Below, one piece after another: positions 46,490-57,752 of a stretch of DNA of 64,000 nucleotides. The notes beneath the pieces were generated by a model, which was not told the origin of the DNA, made no database searches, and saw only the letters and a list, made by a program, of their open reading frames with translations. The DNA is taken from contig JALOTH010000003.1 in NCBI GenBank assembly GCA_025458035.1, positions 5,317-69,316 of the forward strand. Reading direction: 5' to 3'. The translations under genes were made by a program, and so were the position numbers. The stretch is from Rhodospirillales bacterium (GTDB lineage Bacteria > Pseudomonadota > Alphaproteobacteria > Rhodospirillales > Defluviicoccaceae). Within the stretch, counting starts at the first letter, position 1; every line of letters begins with the position of its first letter.

Positions 46490-46921
46490 TCACCCCATGA
46501 CCATCGCCTTGCTGATCACCCTGACCGTCTCGTCCCATAGCCGATAGCGCGCGAGATCGCCCGCATCCGCCCACGTCGCCGCCGCCGCGTCGCCGCCGGC
46601 GCAGGGCTCGCCCGCCACCCAGTCGGCGACGAGGTCGATCAGCGTGAAATGATAGCGGACGGCGGCGCCGTCGTCCTGCTCGATCAGATCGATGACATCG
46701 ACAACGCCGATGATCCGGATGCCGACGCCAGCCTCTTCGCGCACCTCCCTGTGCGCTGCCGCAGATACCGTTTCGCCGAGTTTTTGCAGGCCGCCCGGCA
46801 GACTCCATTCGCCCGCCTTCGGCGCATGCGCCCGTTGCACCAGCAGCACTCGGCCCTGCCGGCGGACGACGACGCCAACCCCAACAAGCGGACGGCTCGG
46901 ATATTCGCGGGATGCCGTCAT
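46490..46921 (-). CDS. Nudix hydrolase
   Basis: ATG 46921. Nudix box GGLQKLGETVSAAAHREVREEAGV. The upstream 167 codons of the track ORF are P/R/S-rich and are rejected. Confidence 0.85.
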   Translation of the reverse strand: MTASREYPSRPLVGVGVVVRRQGRVLLVQRAHAPKAGEWSLPGGLQKLGETVSAAAHREVREEAGVGIRIIGVVDVIDLIEQDDGAAVRYHFTLIDLVADWVAGEPCAGGDAAAATWADAGDLARYRLWDETVRVISKAMVMG

Positions 46922-47142
46922 CTGCACTCTCCGGTAGCGAGGATGCGCTCGCCATGGCGCAATGCGTTGCCGCAAACCCCAACGGGCGCGGAAACCCGAT
47001 GGCGACGCTGACCACGGCACCGTCGGCAGCCGCGCCAGCGGTCTCGGTGGCAAACGGCCGTTGGGTTTCGCTGCCGCCACGGAAGGGCTTTCCGTCAACG
47101 CGGGTTTATCTATAACAGGGTGGACACCGAAAAGGGGCGACG

Positions 47143-47412
47143 ATGGACGATGACCTGGAGACGGCGCGCAAGCGCGTGATCTTCCGCAGCCACCACTCCG
47201 GCATGAAGGAGAACAACATCCTGATCGGCGCCTTCGCCGACCGGTACGTGCCAACGATGGATGCCGACGATCTTGCCTGGTTTGAGCAGCTGCTGCTGAC
47301 CACCGACGACATCGACCTGCACTACTGGATGGTCGGGCGGGTCGCCGTCCCGGCAAACCTCGCGGAGCACCCGGTGATGCGCCTGCTGACGGAATTTCGC
47401 TTGGTCCCATAA
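47143..47412 (+). CDS. sdhE: FAD assembly factor SdhE (succinate dehydrogenase assembly factor 2)
   Basis: 89 aa. GMKENNILIGAFADRY and DLHYW helices fit the SdhE/Sdh5 family. Confidence 0.8.
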   Translation: MDDDLETARKRVIFRSHHSGMKENNILIGAFADRYVPTMDADDLAWFEQLLLTTDDIDLHYWMVGRVAVPANLAEHPVMRLLTEFRLVP

Positions 47413-47416
47413 CGTT

Positions 47417-50400
47417 TTGCAAGAGCTTTCGCAGATCCTCACGCCGCCGCGCCGGATTGACATCGCCGGCGCGCCGCCGGGCTATGACGCCCTCATCCTC
47501 GCCCGGCTTGCGGCCGCTGGCGCTGCGCCGGTCGTTTTCATCGCTCGCGACGACGTGCGGCTCGCCGCCACCGCGGAAGGGGTGGCGTTCTTTGCGCCCG
47601 ACCTCAACGTCGTCGCCTTTCCGGCGTGGGACTGCCTGCCCTATGACCGGATTTCACCCAATCCGGAGATTGTCAGCCGACGCATCGCCGCATTGACCCG
47701 CGTCGCGGTTGTGAGCCCTGGCGAACGGCCGCGGATCATTCTGACAACCGTCTCCGCGGTGCTGCAGCGGATTGTTCCGGCCGATGTCCTGGCCGGCGCC
47801 AGCCGCGCGTTGAACGTCGGCGATCGCATCGAGCGCGATGAGTTGATCGGCTTTCTCGGGCGTGGCGGCTACGGCCGGGTCGAAACCGTCACCGAACCGG
47901 GGGACTTCGCGGTCCGTGGCGGCATCATCGATATCTTTCCCAGCGGCGCGGCGCACCCGGTGCGGCTGGACCTGTTCGGCGACGAGGTGGAAACCATCCG
48001 CGTTTTCGATACCGACAACCAAAGAACAATCGGGACGATCGAGCAGTGCGCTCTCGCCCCGATCAGCGAGGTGATCCTCGATCCGGCATCGATCGCCCGT
48101 TTCCGCTCCGCCTATCGCCAGGCGTTCGGCGCCGAGAGCGCTGTCGATCCCCTTTACGAGGCGATTTCCGCGGGCCGCCGGGCCCCCGGCTGCGAGCACT
48201 GGCTGTCGCTGTTTTACCCGGCGCTGACGACCCTGCTGGACTACGTTCCCGACGCCCGCGTCGTCGTCGACCACGGCGCGGAAGCGGTTCGCGACGAGCG
48301 TCTGGACATGATCGCCGACTATTTCGCCGCGCGAATGGCGCCACGGCGGGGGGGCGCGTTCACCGCCGACGCGCCTCCCTATCGACCGGTTCCGCCGGCC
48401 AGCCTGTTTCTCGATGCCGCCGAATGGGATGCCCGCTTCGCCGCGCTTGCCGTTGCCCGCCTGTCGCCCTTCCCCGCCGCCGGCGACAGCGCGGACATCT
48501 TCGATGCGGGTGGGCGGCTTGGCGTCGACCTCGCGGCCGCCCGCGCAAAACCGGACCTCAATGTCTTTGACGAGTTGCGCCTGCGGATCGCCGAGCATCA
48601 GGCCGCGGGCCGCCGCGTCGTCATCGCTGCCGTCAGTCGCGGCTCGCGCGAACGGCTGGCCAGCGTCGCCCGCGAACACGGATTGACGGCAACGGCCCCG
48701 GCCGACACCTGGGCAGATCTCCTGGGCGTCGCCGCCAGGATCGCGGCCCTCATCGTGCTGCCGCTCGAGCGCGGGTTCGTCACCCCCGATCTGGCGGTGA
48801 TCGCCGAACAGGACATTCTCGGCGAGCGGTTGGTCACCCGCCGCCCCCGCCGCGGTCGCGCCGAAACGTTCCTCACCGAGGCCCGCTCCCTCGAAACCGG
48901 CGATCTGGTGGTGCACATCGAACACGGCATCGGCCGTTACGAGGGGCTGGAGACGATCGCCGTCGACGGCGCGCCGCACGATTGTTTGCGGATCGTCTAC
49001 GCCGGCGACGACAAGCTGTACCTGCCGGTCGAGAACATCGAAATGGTGAGCCGCTTCGGCAGCGAAACCCAGGGCGTTGTTCTCGACAAGCTGGGCGGCG
49101 CCGCCTGGCAAGGCCGCAAGGCGCGGATGAAGCAGCGCATCCGCGAGATGGCGGGCGAACTGATCGCGGTCGCCGCCGGTCGCGCGTTGCGCAACGCCGC
49201 GGTGATCGAACCGCCCCACGGCTTGTTCGATGAGTTCTGCGCCCGCTTCCCCTACACGGAAACCGAAGATCAGGCGAAGGCGATCGGTGATGTCCTGGCC
49301 GACCTTGCCAGCGGCCGGCCAACCGATCGCCTGATTTGCGGCGATGTCGGGTTCGGCAAGACCGAGGTCGCCCTGCGCGCAACCTTCGCCGCCGTCCTCG
49401 ACGGCCGCCAGGCGGCGATCGTGGTCCCGACGACACTGCTGTGCAGGCAGCACTTTCGAACCTTCTCCCAGCGCTTTGGCGGACTTCCGGTGCGTCTTGG
49501 CGAACTGTCGCGGATGGTCACGGCGAAGGATGCGAAGGCGGTCAAGGCCGGGCTGCGGGACGGAACGATCGACATCGTGGTGGGAACGCACGCGTTGCTG
49601 GCCGCCGACCTTGCCTTCCGCGACCTTGGCCTTCTTGTCATCGACGAAGAACAGCACTTCGGCGTCGCGCACAAAGAGCGGCTGAAGAAACTGAAATCCG
49701 ACGTCCATGTGCTGACGCTGTCGGCCACGCCGATCCCGCGCACGCTGCAACTGTCGCTGGCCGGCGTGCGCGAACTCAGCCTGATCACGACGCCGCCCGT
49801 CGATCGTCTGGCCGTGCGCACCTACGTCCTCGAGTTCGACGGTGTCGTCATCCGCGAAGCGCTGCTGCGCGAGCGCCACCGGGGAGGCCAGAGCTTTTAC
49901 GTCTGTCCGCGCATCGACGACCTTGACGAAGTCGGCCGGGAACTGGCTGCCCTCGTGCCCGAACTCAAGGTCGTGGTGGCGCACGGCCGCCTGCCCGTCC
50001 GCGACCTCGAAGCCGCCGTCGGCGCCTTCTATGAGGGTCGCTACGATGTTCTGCTGTCCACCAACATCATCGAGTCTGGGCTCGACCTGCCGACGGTCAA
50101 TACCATCGTCGTTCACCGCGCCGACATGTTCGGGCTATCACAGCTTTATCAGCTGCGCGGCCGGGTCGGCCGCAGCAAGCTGCGCGCCTACGCCTACCTG
50201 ACCCTGCCACCGCGGAAAACGGTGACGCCGGCGGCACAAAAGCGGCTTTCGGTCATGCAGGCGCTCGATGCGCTGGGCGCCGGCTTTACGCTCGCCAGCC
50301 ACGACCTCGATATTCGCGGCGCCGGCAATCTGCTGGGCGAGGAACAGTCGGGGCACATCCGCGAGGTCGGCATCGAGCTCTACCAGCAGATGCTGGAGGA

Positions 50401-50965
50401 CGCGATTGCCGAACTGCGCGTCAGTTCGGGCGAAGGGACGGCGTCGGCCATGGGCGCCGGCGGCGATGAATGGACGCCGCAACTCTCAATTGGCATCAGC
50501 GTGCTGATCCCGGAAGCCTACGTACCCGATCTTGGCGTACGGCTCGGCCTCTACCGGCGCCTCGGCGACCTTAAGGAGGATGTGGATATCGAGGCGTTTG
50601 CCGCCGAACTCATCGACCGCTTCGGGCCGTTGCCGGACGAAGTCGAAAACCTTCTGCAGGTGATGGCGGTCAAGCAATTGTGCCGGCGAGCCGGCATCGA
50701 GAAGGTGGATGCCGGGCCGAAGGGGGCGGTCCTGTCGTTCCGCAACAACACGTTTGCCGATCCGGCGGGCCTGGTACAGCTGATCAATCGGCGGCTGGAA
50801 GCGTTCAAACTGCGCCCGGACCACAAGCTCGTCTACCGGTGCGCCTGGGGATCGCCCCCGGCGCGGCTGCGCGGTCTTCGCAACCTGATCGGCGAGCTTG
50901 CCCGGTTGGCGGAGCGTACGGGACGGCGATCGCCGATGGTGCCGGCCGGCGGCGGTCGAGCCTGA
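47417..50965 (+). CDS. mfd: transcription-repair coupling factor
   Basis: 1182 aa. CarD-like RID region (GDLVVHIEHGIGRY), SF2 helicase motifs (GDVGFGKTEVA, DEEQHFG, LSATPIPRT), and a TRG motif region. Confidence 0.97.
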   Translation: MQELSQILTPPRRIDIAGAPPGYDALILARLAAAGAAPVVFIARDDVRLAATAEGVAFFAPDLNVVAFPAWDCLPYDRISPNPEIVSRRIAALTRVAVVSPGERPRIILTTVSAVLQRIVPADVLAGASRALNVGDRIERDELIGFLGRGGYGRVETVTEPGDFAVRGGIIDIFPSGAAHPVRLDLFGDEVETIRVFDTDNQRTIGTIEQCALAPISEVILDPASIARFRSAYRQAFGAESAVDPLYEAISAGRRAPGCEHWLSLFYPALTTLLDYVPDARVVVDHGAEAVRDERLDMIADYFAARMAPRRGGAFTADAPPYRPVPPASLFLDAAEWDARFAALAVARLSPFPAAGDSADIFDAGGRLGVDLAAARAKPDLNVFDELRLRIAEHQAAGRRVVIAAVSRGSRERLASVAREHGLTATAPADTWADLLGVAARIAALIVLPLERGFVTPDLAVIAEQDILGERLVTRRPRRGRAETFLTEARSLETGDLVVHIEHGIGRYEGLETIAVDGAPHDCLRIVYAGDDKLYLPVENIEMVSRFGSETQGVVLDKLGGAAWQGRKARMKQRIREMAGELIAVAAGRALRNAAVIEPPHGLFDEFCARFPYTETEDQAKAIGDVLADLASGRPTDRLICGDVGFGKTEVALRATFAAVLDGRQAAIVVPTTLLCRQHFRTFSQRFGGLPVRLGELSRMVTAKDAKAVKAGLRDGTIDIVVGTHALLAADLAFRDLGLLVIDEEQHFGVAHKERLKKLKSDVHVLTLSATPIPRTLQLSLAGVRELSLITTPPVDRLAVRTYVLEFDGVVIREALLRERHRGGQSFYVCPRIDDLDEVGRELAALVPELKVVVAHGRLPVRDLEAAVGAFYEGRYDVLLSTNIIESGLDLPTVNTIVVHRADMFGLSQLYQLRGRVGRSKLRAYAYLTLPPRKTVTPAAQKRLSVMQALDALGAGFTLASHDLDIRGAGNLLGEEQSGHIREVGIELYQQMLEDAIAELRVSSGEGTASAMGAGGDEWTPQLSIGISVLIPEAYVPDLGVRLGLYRRLGDLKEDVDIEAFAAELIDRFGPLPDEVENLLQVMAVKQLCRRAGIEKVDAGPKGAVLSFRNNTFADPAGLVQLINRRLEAFKLRPDHKLVYRCAWGSPPARLRGLRNLIGELARLAERTGRRSPMVPAGGGRA

Positions 50966-50978
50966 GGGCAGGCGGGCG

Positions 50979-53114
50979 ATGCGGCGCAGCGCCAATCCCG
51001 CGGGAAGGATGGAGCGGTTGCTGCCGCCGCTGTTCCTGCTGGCGGCGGCGGCGATCCTCCTCGCCGATCCGCAGCCCCTCGCGCAGTTGCGCGAATCCGT
51101 CTTCGACGCCTATCAGCGGCTGCGTCCGCGGCCATCGCTGCCGTCACCGCTGCGGTTTGTCGAAATCGACGACGCGAGCCTGACCAAGATCGGCCAGTGG
51201 CCATGGCCCCGCGACCGCCTCGCCGCCGTCATCGACCGCCTCAATGAAAATGGCGCCCGTGTCATCGCCCTTGATCTCCTGCTCGTCGAGCCGGACCGGC
51301 TGTCGCCGCAGCGGCTGTTCAGCGGGGGAAAGCCGGCCCGGCAATGGGCCGAGGCACCGACGCCGGTCCTTGATACCGATGCCGCGCTGGCAGACGCGGT
51401 CGCGCGCGCCCCGGTCGTTGTCGGCTTTGCCATGATCGATGACAAGAATGACGTGCGGCCGCTTCGGAAAGCAGAAATGCTCACCGATCCCGATCGCCGC
51501 GTGCCCGACTTGCGCATCCCCGGCTTTCCCGGCGCCATTGTTCCGTTGCCGGGCCTCGGCGAGGCGGCGGCAGGGATCGGCGCACTCAACGTCGTCCTCG
51601 CCGGCTCGGGCGTCGTCCGCAGCGTGCCGATGGTGCTTGGCCTGAACGGCGAGGTGTTCCCTTCCTTCGTCGCGGAAGTGCTGCGCGTCGCCCAGCGCGT
51701 TGACGCAATCACGGTGCAGACCGGCGGACCAGCCGCTGCCGCGCACGTGGTCATTGGCGCGTTATCCATTCCCACCGGCGCGGACGGTCAGCTTCGCCTC
51801 TATTTCGCGCCGCCAAGCCGAACCCTCGTTGTTCCGGCCTGGCGGCTGATCACGGGTGACCATGATCCCGCGCTTTTTCGCAATGCCATCGTCGTCGTCG
51901 GCGCTGGCGCCACGGGCTTGCAGGACCGGCACCCGACGCCGTTGTCGCTGACCCTTCCCGGCCCGCTGCTGCACCTGCAAGGCCTCGAACAAATCCTCTC
52001 GCAGACGTATCTCCATCGCCCCGACTGGGCGAAAGGCGCGGAGCTGCTGATGCTCCTCGGGCTGGGTGGCGCGCTGCTGCTGGTGCTGCGGCATTCCGGA
52101 CCGGCGGTCGGCGCGGTCATCGGTTGCACCGCGACCCTTGCGGCCGTCGGCGCATCGTGGCTCGCTTTCGTTGAGGCGCGTCTTCTGTTCGACCCGGTGC
52201 TGCCGGCGATGGCGGTTTTCCTGGTCTTCCTTGGCACCTCCATCGTCCGGCACATGCAGATCGAACGCCAGCACCGGTGGATCCGCAGCGCCTTCGCCAG
52301 TTACGTCGCCCCCAGCATCGTCGAGGAACTGGTGCGCCACCCCGACCAACTGGCGCTCAGCGGCGAGCGGCGGGACATCAGCTGCCTGTTCACCGATCTC
52401 GAAGGCTTCACGGTGCTGGTGGAGGGGCAGGAGCCCGCGCGCATCGTTCCCGTCCTCAACGATTACCTCGATGGCTTGGTGCGCATCGTGTTTCGCTTCG
52501 AGGGCACGATTGACAAGATCATCGGCGATGCCGTGCATGTGATCTTCGGCGCACCCATCGCGATGGCGGGCCACCGCCAGCGCGCGATTCACTGTGCGCT
52601 CGCCCTCGACGCTTTCGCCGAGGATTTTGCGGCGCGACAGCGGGAGGCCGGCCTGCCGTTCGGGCGGACCCGCATTGGCGTCAACTCCGGCAGCGCGATC
52701 GTCGGAAATTTCGGCGGCGCTTTGCACTTCGACTACACCGCACACGGCGACATGGTGAATACGGCGGCGCGATTGGAGGGGGCGAACAAGTACCTCGGCA
52801 CGCGCATTCTCGTCAGCGAGGCCACGGTGGCGGGCTGCCCCGCCTTTCGCGGGCGGCCCGCCGGCGACCTGCTGCTGAAAGGCAAGACGCAGCCGGTCAA
52901 GGTCTTCGAGCCGGCGGTAGCGACCACCCCCGCTGTCCTGATCGAAGCGTACGGGGACGCGTACGGGATGATGGCGGCGGGAGATCAATCCGGCGCCGTG
53001 GCTGCGCTTGCCCGCCTCAGCCAGAGATTTCCGGACGATCCCCTTGTCGCCTTCCACCTCCACCGGCTTCGGCGCGGGGAAACCGGCACGACGATCCGAC
53101 TGCCCGACAAGTAG
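50979..53114 (+). CDS. CHASE2-sensor adenylate/guanylate cyclase
   Basis: ATG 50979 after GAGGG. N-terminal periplasmic CHASE2-type region (VEIDDASLTKIGQWPWPR), three TM helices, and a class III cyclase domain (FTDLEGFT...IGDAV...GVNSG). Confidence 0.88.
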   Translation: MRRSANPAGRMERLLPPLFLLAAAAILLADPQPLAQLRESVFDAYQRLRPRPSLPSPLRFVEIDDASLTKIGQWPWPRDRLAAVIDRLNENGARVIALDLLLVEPDRLSPQRLFSGGKPARQWAEAPTPVLDTDAALADAVARAPVVVGFAMIDDKNDVRPLRKAEMLTDPDRRVPDLRIPGFPGAIVPLPGLGEAAAGIGALNVVLAGSGVVRSVPMVLGLNGEVFPSFVAEVLRVAQRVDAITVQTGGPAAAAHVVIGALSIPTGADGQLRLYFAPPSRTLVVPAWRLITGDHDPALFRNAIVVVGAGATGLQDRHPTPLSLTLPGPLLHLQGLEQILSQTYLHRPDWAKGAELLMLLGLGGALLLVLRHSGPAVGAVIGCTATLAAVGASWLAFVEARLLFDPVLPAMAVFLVFLGTSIVRHMQIERQHRWIRSAFASYVAPSIVEELVRHPDQLALSGERRDISCLFTDLEGFTVLVEGQEPARIVPVLNDYLDGLVRIVFRFEGTIDKIIGDAVHVIFGAPIAMAGHRQRAIHCALALDAFAEDFAARQREAGLPFGRTRIGVNSGSAIVGNFGGALHFDYTAHGDMVNTAARLEGANKYLGTRILVSEATVAGCPAFRGRPAGDLLLKGKTQPVKVFEPAVATTPAVLIEAYGDAYGMMAAGDQSGAVAALARLSQRFPDDPLVAFHLHRLRRGETGTTIRLPDK

Positions 53115-53117
53115 GGT

Positions 53118-54740
53118 TCAGGCGGCACCGTCGGCCCGATCGCCGCCGGCGATCACCGATCGGATCAGCGCAATGCTCTCGGCAAGGCCGTAGACGGCGA
53201 AGAACGAGCCCATGCGCGGGCCTTCGTCCTGTCCGAGCAGGATTTGATAGAGCGCGCGGAACCAGGATTTCAGGTCCGCGAAGCACCCGTGCCGCTTGCC
53301 GACCTCGTACACCGCGGTCTGGATCGTTTCCGCATCGCTGCCGTCCGGCAGGCCACCCAGCGTGTCCGCCAGATCGGCCAGTGCATCCCGCTCCTCGGCC
53401 GTCGGCCGCCGGTACACCTGCGCTGGCTTGACCACGTCGTGATAGTAGGCCACCGCATGCCGGACCAGCCGGTCGAGCCGAGGCGAGGACGCGGGCGAGA
53501 CGCCCGGCCGGTAGCGGCTGACGAACCGCCACAGCACGTCCGCCGCCTCCGCGTGGCAGACGCTGGCGAGGTTCAGCAGCACGTTGAACGACAGGGTTTC
53601 CTCGGTCGCCGGCGGCTGGCCGCCGTGAATATGCCAGACCGGATTGTCGAGCCGCTTCGCCGGGTCCTGGTGGCCGAACCCTTCGAGATGATCGAGATAC
53701 TCGTCCACGGCGCGGGGTATAACGTCGAAATGGAGCCGCTTGGCACTTTGTGGACGCTGATACATGAACAGTGACAGGCTCTCGGGCGGGGCATAGGCAA
53801 GCCAGTCCTCGACGGCGAGACCGTTGCCGCGCGACTTGGAGATCTTCTCGCCATTGCGGTCCAGAAACAGTTCATAGATCAGGTTCACCGGCGGCGAACC
53901 ACCGAGAATGCGGCAAATGCGGCTTGACAGGCGCACGGAGTCGATCAGGTCCTTGCCGGCCATCTCGTAGTCGACGCCGAGAGCGAACCACCGCATCGCC
54001 CAGTCGGCCTTCCATTGCAGCTTGCAGCGCCCGCCCGTAACTTCGGTCTCGACCGCGCGACCGTCCTCGTCCTCATAGACGATGGTGCCGGCCTGCTCGT
54101 CACGGCGCAGCACGGGCACTTGCAGCACCGCGCCGGTCCGCGCACTGACCGGCAGAAAGGGGCTGTAGGTGGCACGCCGCTCGGGTCCGAGGGTGGGCAG
54201 GATCACGGCCAGAATGGCGTCGTAATGTCGCAGCACCTGGCGCAAGGCGCCGTCGAACCGGCCCGAGGTATAGCAGTCGGTGGCACTGACGAATTCATAA
54301 TCGAAGCCGAACTGATCGAGGAAACCGCGCAGCCGGGCATTGTTGTGATGGCCGAAGCTCTCATACTCGCCAAACGGGTCAGGGACACGGGTCAGCGGCT
54401 GGCCGAGATAGGGAGCAAGCCGTTCCGGGTTCGGGATGTTGTCGGGAACCTTGCGCAGGCCGTCCATGTCGTCGGAAAAGGCGATCAGCCGTGTCGGCAT
54501 GTCGGAGAGCGCGGCAAACGCGTTGCGCACCATGGTTGTACGGACGACCTCGCCAAAGGTGCCGATGTGCGGCAGGCCGGACGGCCCGTAACCCGTCTCG
54601 AACAGAACGGCGCCTGATGGCGGCACCGCGCCCTTGATGCGTTCGAGGATGCGTCGCGCCTCGACGAACGGCCAACTCTTCGCATGGTGTGCCGCGGCGC
54701 GGATCTCCGAGGCATCGGGGACGGCGATAACGGGTGTCAT
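53118..54740 (-). CDS. lysK: class I lysine-tRNA ligase
   Basis: 540 aa. ETGYGPSGLPHIGTFGEV (HIGH-type motif) and KISKSRGNG (KMSKS). Confidence 0.93.
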   Translation of the reverse strand: MTPVIAVPDASEIRAAAHHAKSWPFVEARRILERIKGAVPPSGAVLFETGYGPSGLPHIGTFGEVVRTTMVRNAFAALSDMPTRLIAFSDDMDGLRKVPDNIPNPERLAPYLGQPLTRVPDPFGEYESFGHHNNARLRGFLDQFGFDYEFVSATDCYTSGRFDGALRQVLRHYDAILAVILPTLGPERRATYSPFLPVSARTGAVLQVPVLRRDEQAGTIVYEDEDGRAVETEVTGGRCKLQWKADWAMRWFALGVDYEMAGKDLIDSVRLSSRICRILGGSPPVNLIYELFLDRNGEKISKSRGNGLAVEDWLAYAPPESLSLFMYQRPQSAKRLHFDVIPRAVDEYLDHLEGFGHQDPAKRLDNPVWHIHGGQPPATEETLSFNVLLNLASVCHAEAADVLWRFVSRYRPGVSPASSPRLDRLVRHAVAYYHDVVKPAQVYRRPTAEERDALADLADTLGGLPDGSDAETIQTAVYEVGKRHGCFADLKSWFRALYQILLGQDEGPRMGSFFAVYGLAESIALIRSVIAGGDRADGAA

Positions 54741-54785
54741 GACAGGGATGGCTCCTCAGTGCGCGGGCGACCGGTGCCGGCCCGG

Positions 54786-56309
54786 CTAACGCCAGATCGG
54801 CTTGCCGCTGCCGGGAAGGCCGAGACGATCCCACTTTGCCGTCACGCGGTCGATGATCTCGTCCGTCATGCGGATCCGCCGGCCCCATTCCCGCGTCGTT
54901 TCCGGGGGCAGCTTTGCGGTCGCGTCGATGCCCATCTTGCCGCCAAGACCCGAGACCGGCGAGGCGAAATCGAGATAATCGATGGGCGTGCCGTCGATCA
55001 GCGTGACATCGCGCACCGGATCGACGTTGGTCGACAGCGCCCAGATGACATCGTTCCAATCGCGGGCGTTGAGATCTTCGTCGATGATGATCACGAACTT
55101 CGTATACATGAACTGGCGCAGGTAGGACCAGACACCCAGCATGATCCGCTTGGCATGGCCGGCATAGGCCTTGCGCATGGAAACGACGGCGACGCGGTAG
55201 GAACACCCCTCCGGCGGCAGCCAGAAATCGACGATCTCCGGAAACTGCTGCTGCAACAGCGGGATGAACACCTCGTTGAGCGCTTCGCCGAGGATCGATG
55301 GTTCGTCCGGGGGGCGGCCGGTGAAGGTCGAGAGATAAATCGGCCGGCGGCGCATGGTGATCGCCGAGATGGTGAACACCGGAAACGGTTCCACCGCGTT
55401 GTAATAGCCGGTGTGATCGCCATAGGGTCCTTCATCGCCGTAACGATCGAGCGAGACATGGCCTTCCAGCACGATCTCCGCTTCTGCCGGCACTTCCAGC
55501 GGCACCGTCTTGCAAGCGACCAGTTCCACCTTGGCGCCGCGTAAAAGCCCCGCGAACTGGTATTCGGACAGGGTGTCCGGAACCGGGGTGACGGCGGCGA
55601 GGATGGTGCCGGGGTCGGCGCCGATGACCGCCGCGGCGGGCAGGGGATCCGAACGGCGTTGTTTCCAACGCGCGTGGTGTTGCGCGCCGCCGCGATGCTT
55701 CAGCCAGCGCATGTAGGTTTCATTGCGACCGATCACCTGCATCCGATAGATGCCGAGATTGTAGACATCGCGGCGGTCGCCACCGGCGACGTCCGCGGCC
55801 GGTCCCTTGGTCACGACTAGCGGCCAGGTGATCAACGGCGCCGGCTCTCCCGGCCAGCAGGTCTGGATTGGCAGCTGCGACAGGTCCACGTCATCACCGG
55901 TGAGGACGACCTCCTGGCACGGCGCGCGGCCAACGGTGCGAGGCCGCATCGCCATCACCGTTCGCAGCAGCGGCAGCATGTCGATCGCCTCGCGCCAGCC
56001 GCCAGGGGGCTCCGGTTGGCGCAGGAAGGCCAGCGTCTCTCCCACTTGACGAAGCTGCGCCGGTTCCCGGTTCATGCCCCAGGCCACCCGTTCCACCGTG
56101 CCGAACAGGTTGACCAGCGCCGGCGCCGCGAACGGGGTTCCGTCGTCGCGGGTCACCGTTTCGAACAGGACGGCGGGTCCGCCCTCGGCGAGCAACCGCG
56201 TCTGGATCTCGGTCATCTCGAGGTTGGCGCATACCGGTTCGCGCACCCGCACGAGCCGGCCGCGCTGCTCCAAAAGATCGATAAACTCGCGCAGCGAGCG
56301 ATAGGGCAT
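54786..56309 (-). CDS. ubiD: UbiD-family decarboxylase (4-hydroxy-3-polyprenylbenzoate decarboxylase)
   Basis: ATG 56309. [22 protein letters not shown]...GGPAVLFE is collinear with E. coli UbiD. Confidence 0.92.
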   Translation of the reverse strand: MPYRSLREFIDLLEQRGRLVRVREPVCANLEMTEIQTRLLAEGGPAVLFETVTRDDGTPFAAPALVNLFGTVERVAWGMNREPAQLRQVGETLAFLRQPEPPGGWREAIDMLPLLRTVMAMRPRTVGRAPCQEVVLTGDDVDLSQLPIQTCWPGEPAPLITWPLVVTKGPAADVAGGDRRDVYNLGIYRMQVIGRNETYMRWLKHRGGAQHHARWKQRRSDPLPAAAVIGADPGTILAAVTPVPDTLSEYQFAGLLRGAKVELVACKTVPLEVPAEAEIVLEGHVSLDRYGDEGPYGDHTGYYNAVEPFPVFTISAITMRRRPIYLSTFTGRPPDEPSILGEALNEVFIPLLQQQFPEIVDFWLPPEGCSYRVAVVSMRKAYAGHAKRIMLGVWSYLRQFMYTKFVIIIDEDLNARDWNDVIWALSTNVDPVRDVTLIDGTPIDYLDFASPVSGLGGKMGIDATAKLPPETTREWGRRIRMTDEIIDRVTAKWDRLGLPGSGKPIWR

Positions 56310-56534
56310 GGTCACGCCGCTCCGGAAATGGGAAACCATTGGGCGCGGAACTTCGCGCACGCGTCAAGCCGACACCGCAGCGCTGCCGAAGCGCCGTGCC
56401 GTTGGCCTGTTCGTCCGGCGGACCATGCGGAACACGGGTTCGACGCCGCGACATTCGATATGCTAAGCAGACGATCCTGAGAGGGGTGCTTGGCGACCGC
56501 GCCCGTCAGATGTGACGCCGTTCGGATGGCTCCC

Positions 56535-57752
56535 ATGAGAACTCTCCAACTCTACATCGCCGGCGAAGTGCTGCGGCCATTGTCGATCGCGCTGCTGATC
56601 GCACTTCTCGTCCTCCTCATCGAACGCATGCTGAGGCTGTTCGATGTGGTCCTCGGCGCCAACGGCCCGCTCCAGGTGGTTTTCCAGATCATGGCCTACC
56701 TGGTGCCCCAATACATCGGCCTGGCGCTGCCGATTAGCCTGATGCTCGGCGTCATGCTGGCCTTTAACAAACTGGGCCGGGATGGTGAACTTCATGCCCT
56801 GCATGCCGCGGGTGTCAGCCTGGCGCAGATCATCCGGCCGGTTCTGTTGATCGGCCTGATCATTTCCCTGTTGACCCTGCTGATCACGGGCTACATCCGG
56901 CCGTATGGCCGCTACGCCTATCAGATTACGCTCAACGCGGTCACCAGCGCCGCCTTTCAAGCGTTCGTCCGCGCCGGCGTGTTTACGCAGATCGGCGATC
57001 GGACGTTCCTGATCGAAGGCGTATACCGCGACGGTTCCCGGTTCAAACAGGTGTTCATGCATCAGACGAACGATGACGGCGCCGAGGTGGCGATTGCCGC
57101 CCGCGATGGCACCTTCGCGCGCGTTGACCGGGATGGACCTCCGATCATTCGGCTGTTCAATGGGGTGCGGCTGGAACTGCGGCCGCCCGCCGACACGCAG
57201 GAAAACGGATCGGCGGCGCGCGGCCTCACCGTGTTGCAGTTTGGCGAACTTCGTGCCGATCTGGGCGGAGAAACGGCACAGTTGCTGCGCGGTCGCGGCG
57301 TTGATGAACGGGAACTGACGCTCTCTGAATTGTGGCGACGGCGCCATGATCCGCCGCCGGGGGTTCGTGGCCGGGATCTCATCGCCGAGTTCCATGCCCG
57401 CATCGTTCGCGCTTTGAGCGTTCCGTTACTCCCCCTATTGGGGGTATGCTTGGCCATCGGCCGCAGTCGCAGCGATCGCATGGTGGGCATTTTCATGGGC
57501 TTGCTGATCCTGGTCGCGTTCTCGCAGGTGGTCGATTTTGGAAAGAATCTGGCGGAGAATGGCACTCTCGACCCGATCATCAGCCTCTGGACTCCGTGGA
57601 CGATCTTTGCGGTCGGGATCGTCTGGGGGTTTTACCGCCTGAACGAGGGGGTGCCGAAGACCGCCGGCGGATGGGCGTGGCTTGGCCTGTCGGCGCTTCG
57701 GCGCGGGGCGCTTGCCCGCAAACCATCGGCAGAGATGGACGCGCGCCGTTGA
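56535..57752 (+). CDS. lptF: LPS export ABC transporter permease LptF
   Basis: MRTLQLYIAGEVLRPL N-terminus and YjgP/YjgQ topology. ATG 56526 is an alternative start. Confidence 0.88.
   Translation: MRTLQLYIAGEVLRPLSIALLIALLVLLIERMLRLFDVVLGANGPLQVVFQIMAYLVPQYIGLALPISLMLGVMLAFNKLGRDGELHALHAAGVSLAQIIRPVLLIGLIISLLTLLITGYIRPYGRYAYQITLNAVTSAAFQAFVRAGVFTQIGDRTFLIEGVYRDGSRFKQVFMHQTNDDGAEVAIAARDGTFARVDRDGPPIIRLFNGVRLELRPPADTQENGSAARGLTVLQFGELRADLGGETAQLLRGRGVDERELTLSELWRRRHDPPPGVRGRDLIAEFHARIVRALSVPLLPLLGVCLAIGRSRSDRMVGIFMGLLILVAFSQVVDFGKNLAENGTLDPIISLWTPWTIFAVGIVWGFYRLNEGVPKTAGGWAWLGLSALRRGALARKPSAEMDARR

Noticed and set aside
47143-47412. The SdhE homologue has SGMKE where many family members have an RGxxE motif
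   Set aside because: I cannot verify the family consensus without an alignment. This is probably normal lineage variation.
53118-54740. Class I lysyl-tRNA synthetase in a bacterium
   Set aside because: This is unusual for bacteria in general, but it is well established for alphaproteobacteria and spirochaetes. It is a lineage marker, not a novelty.
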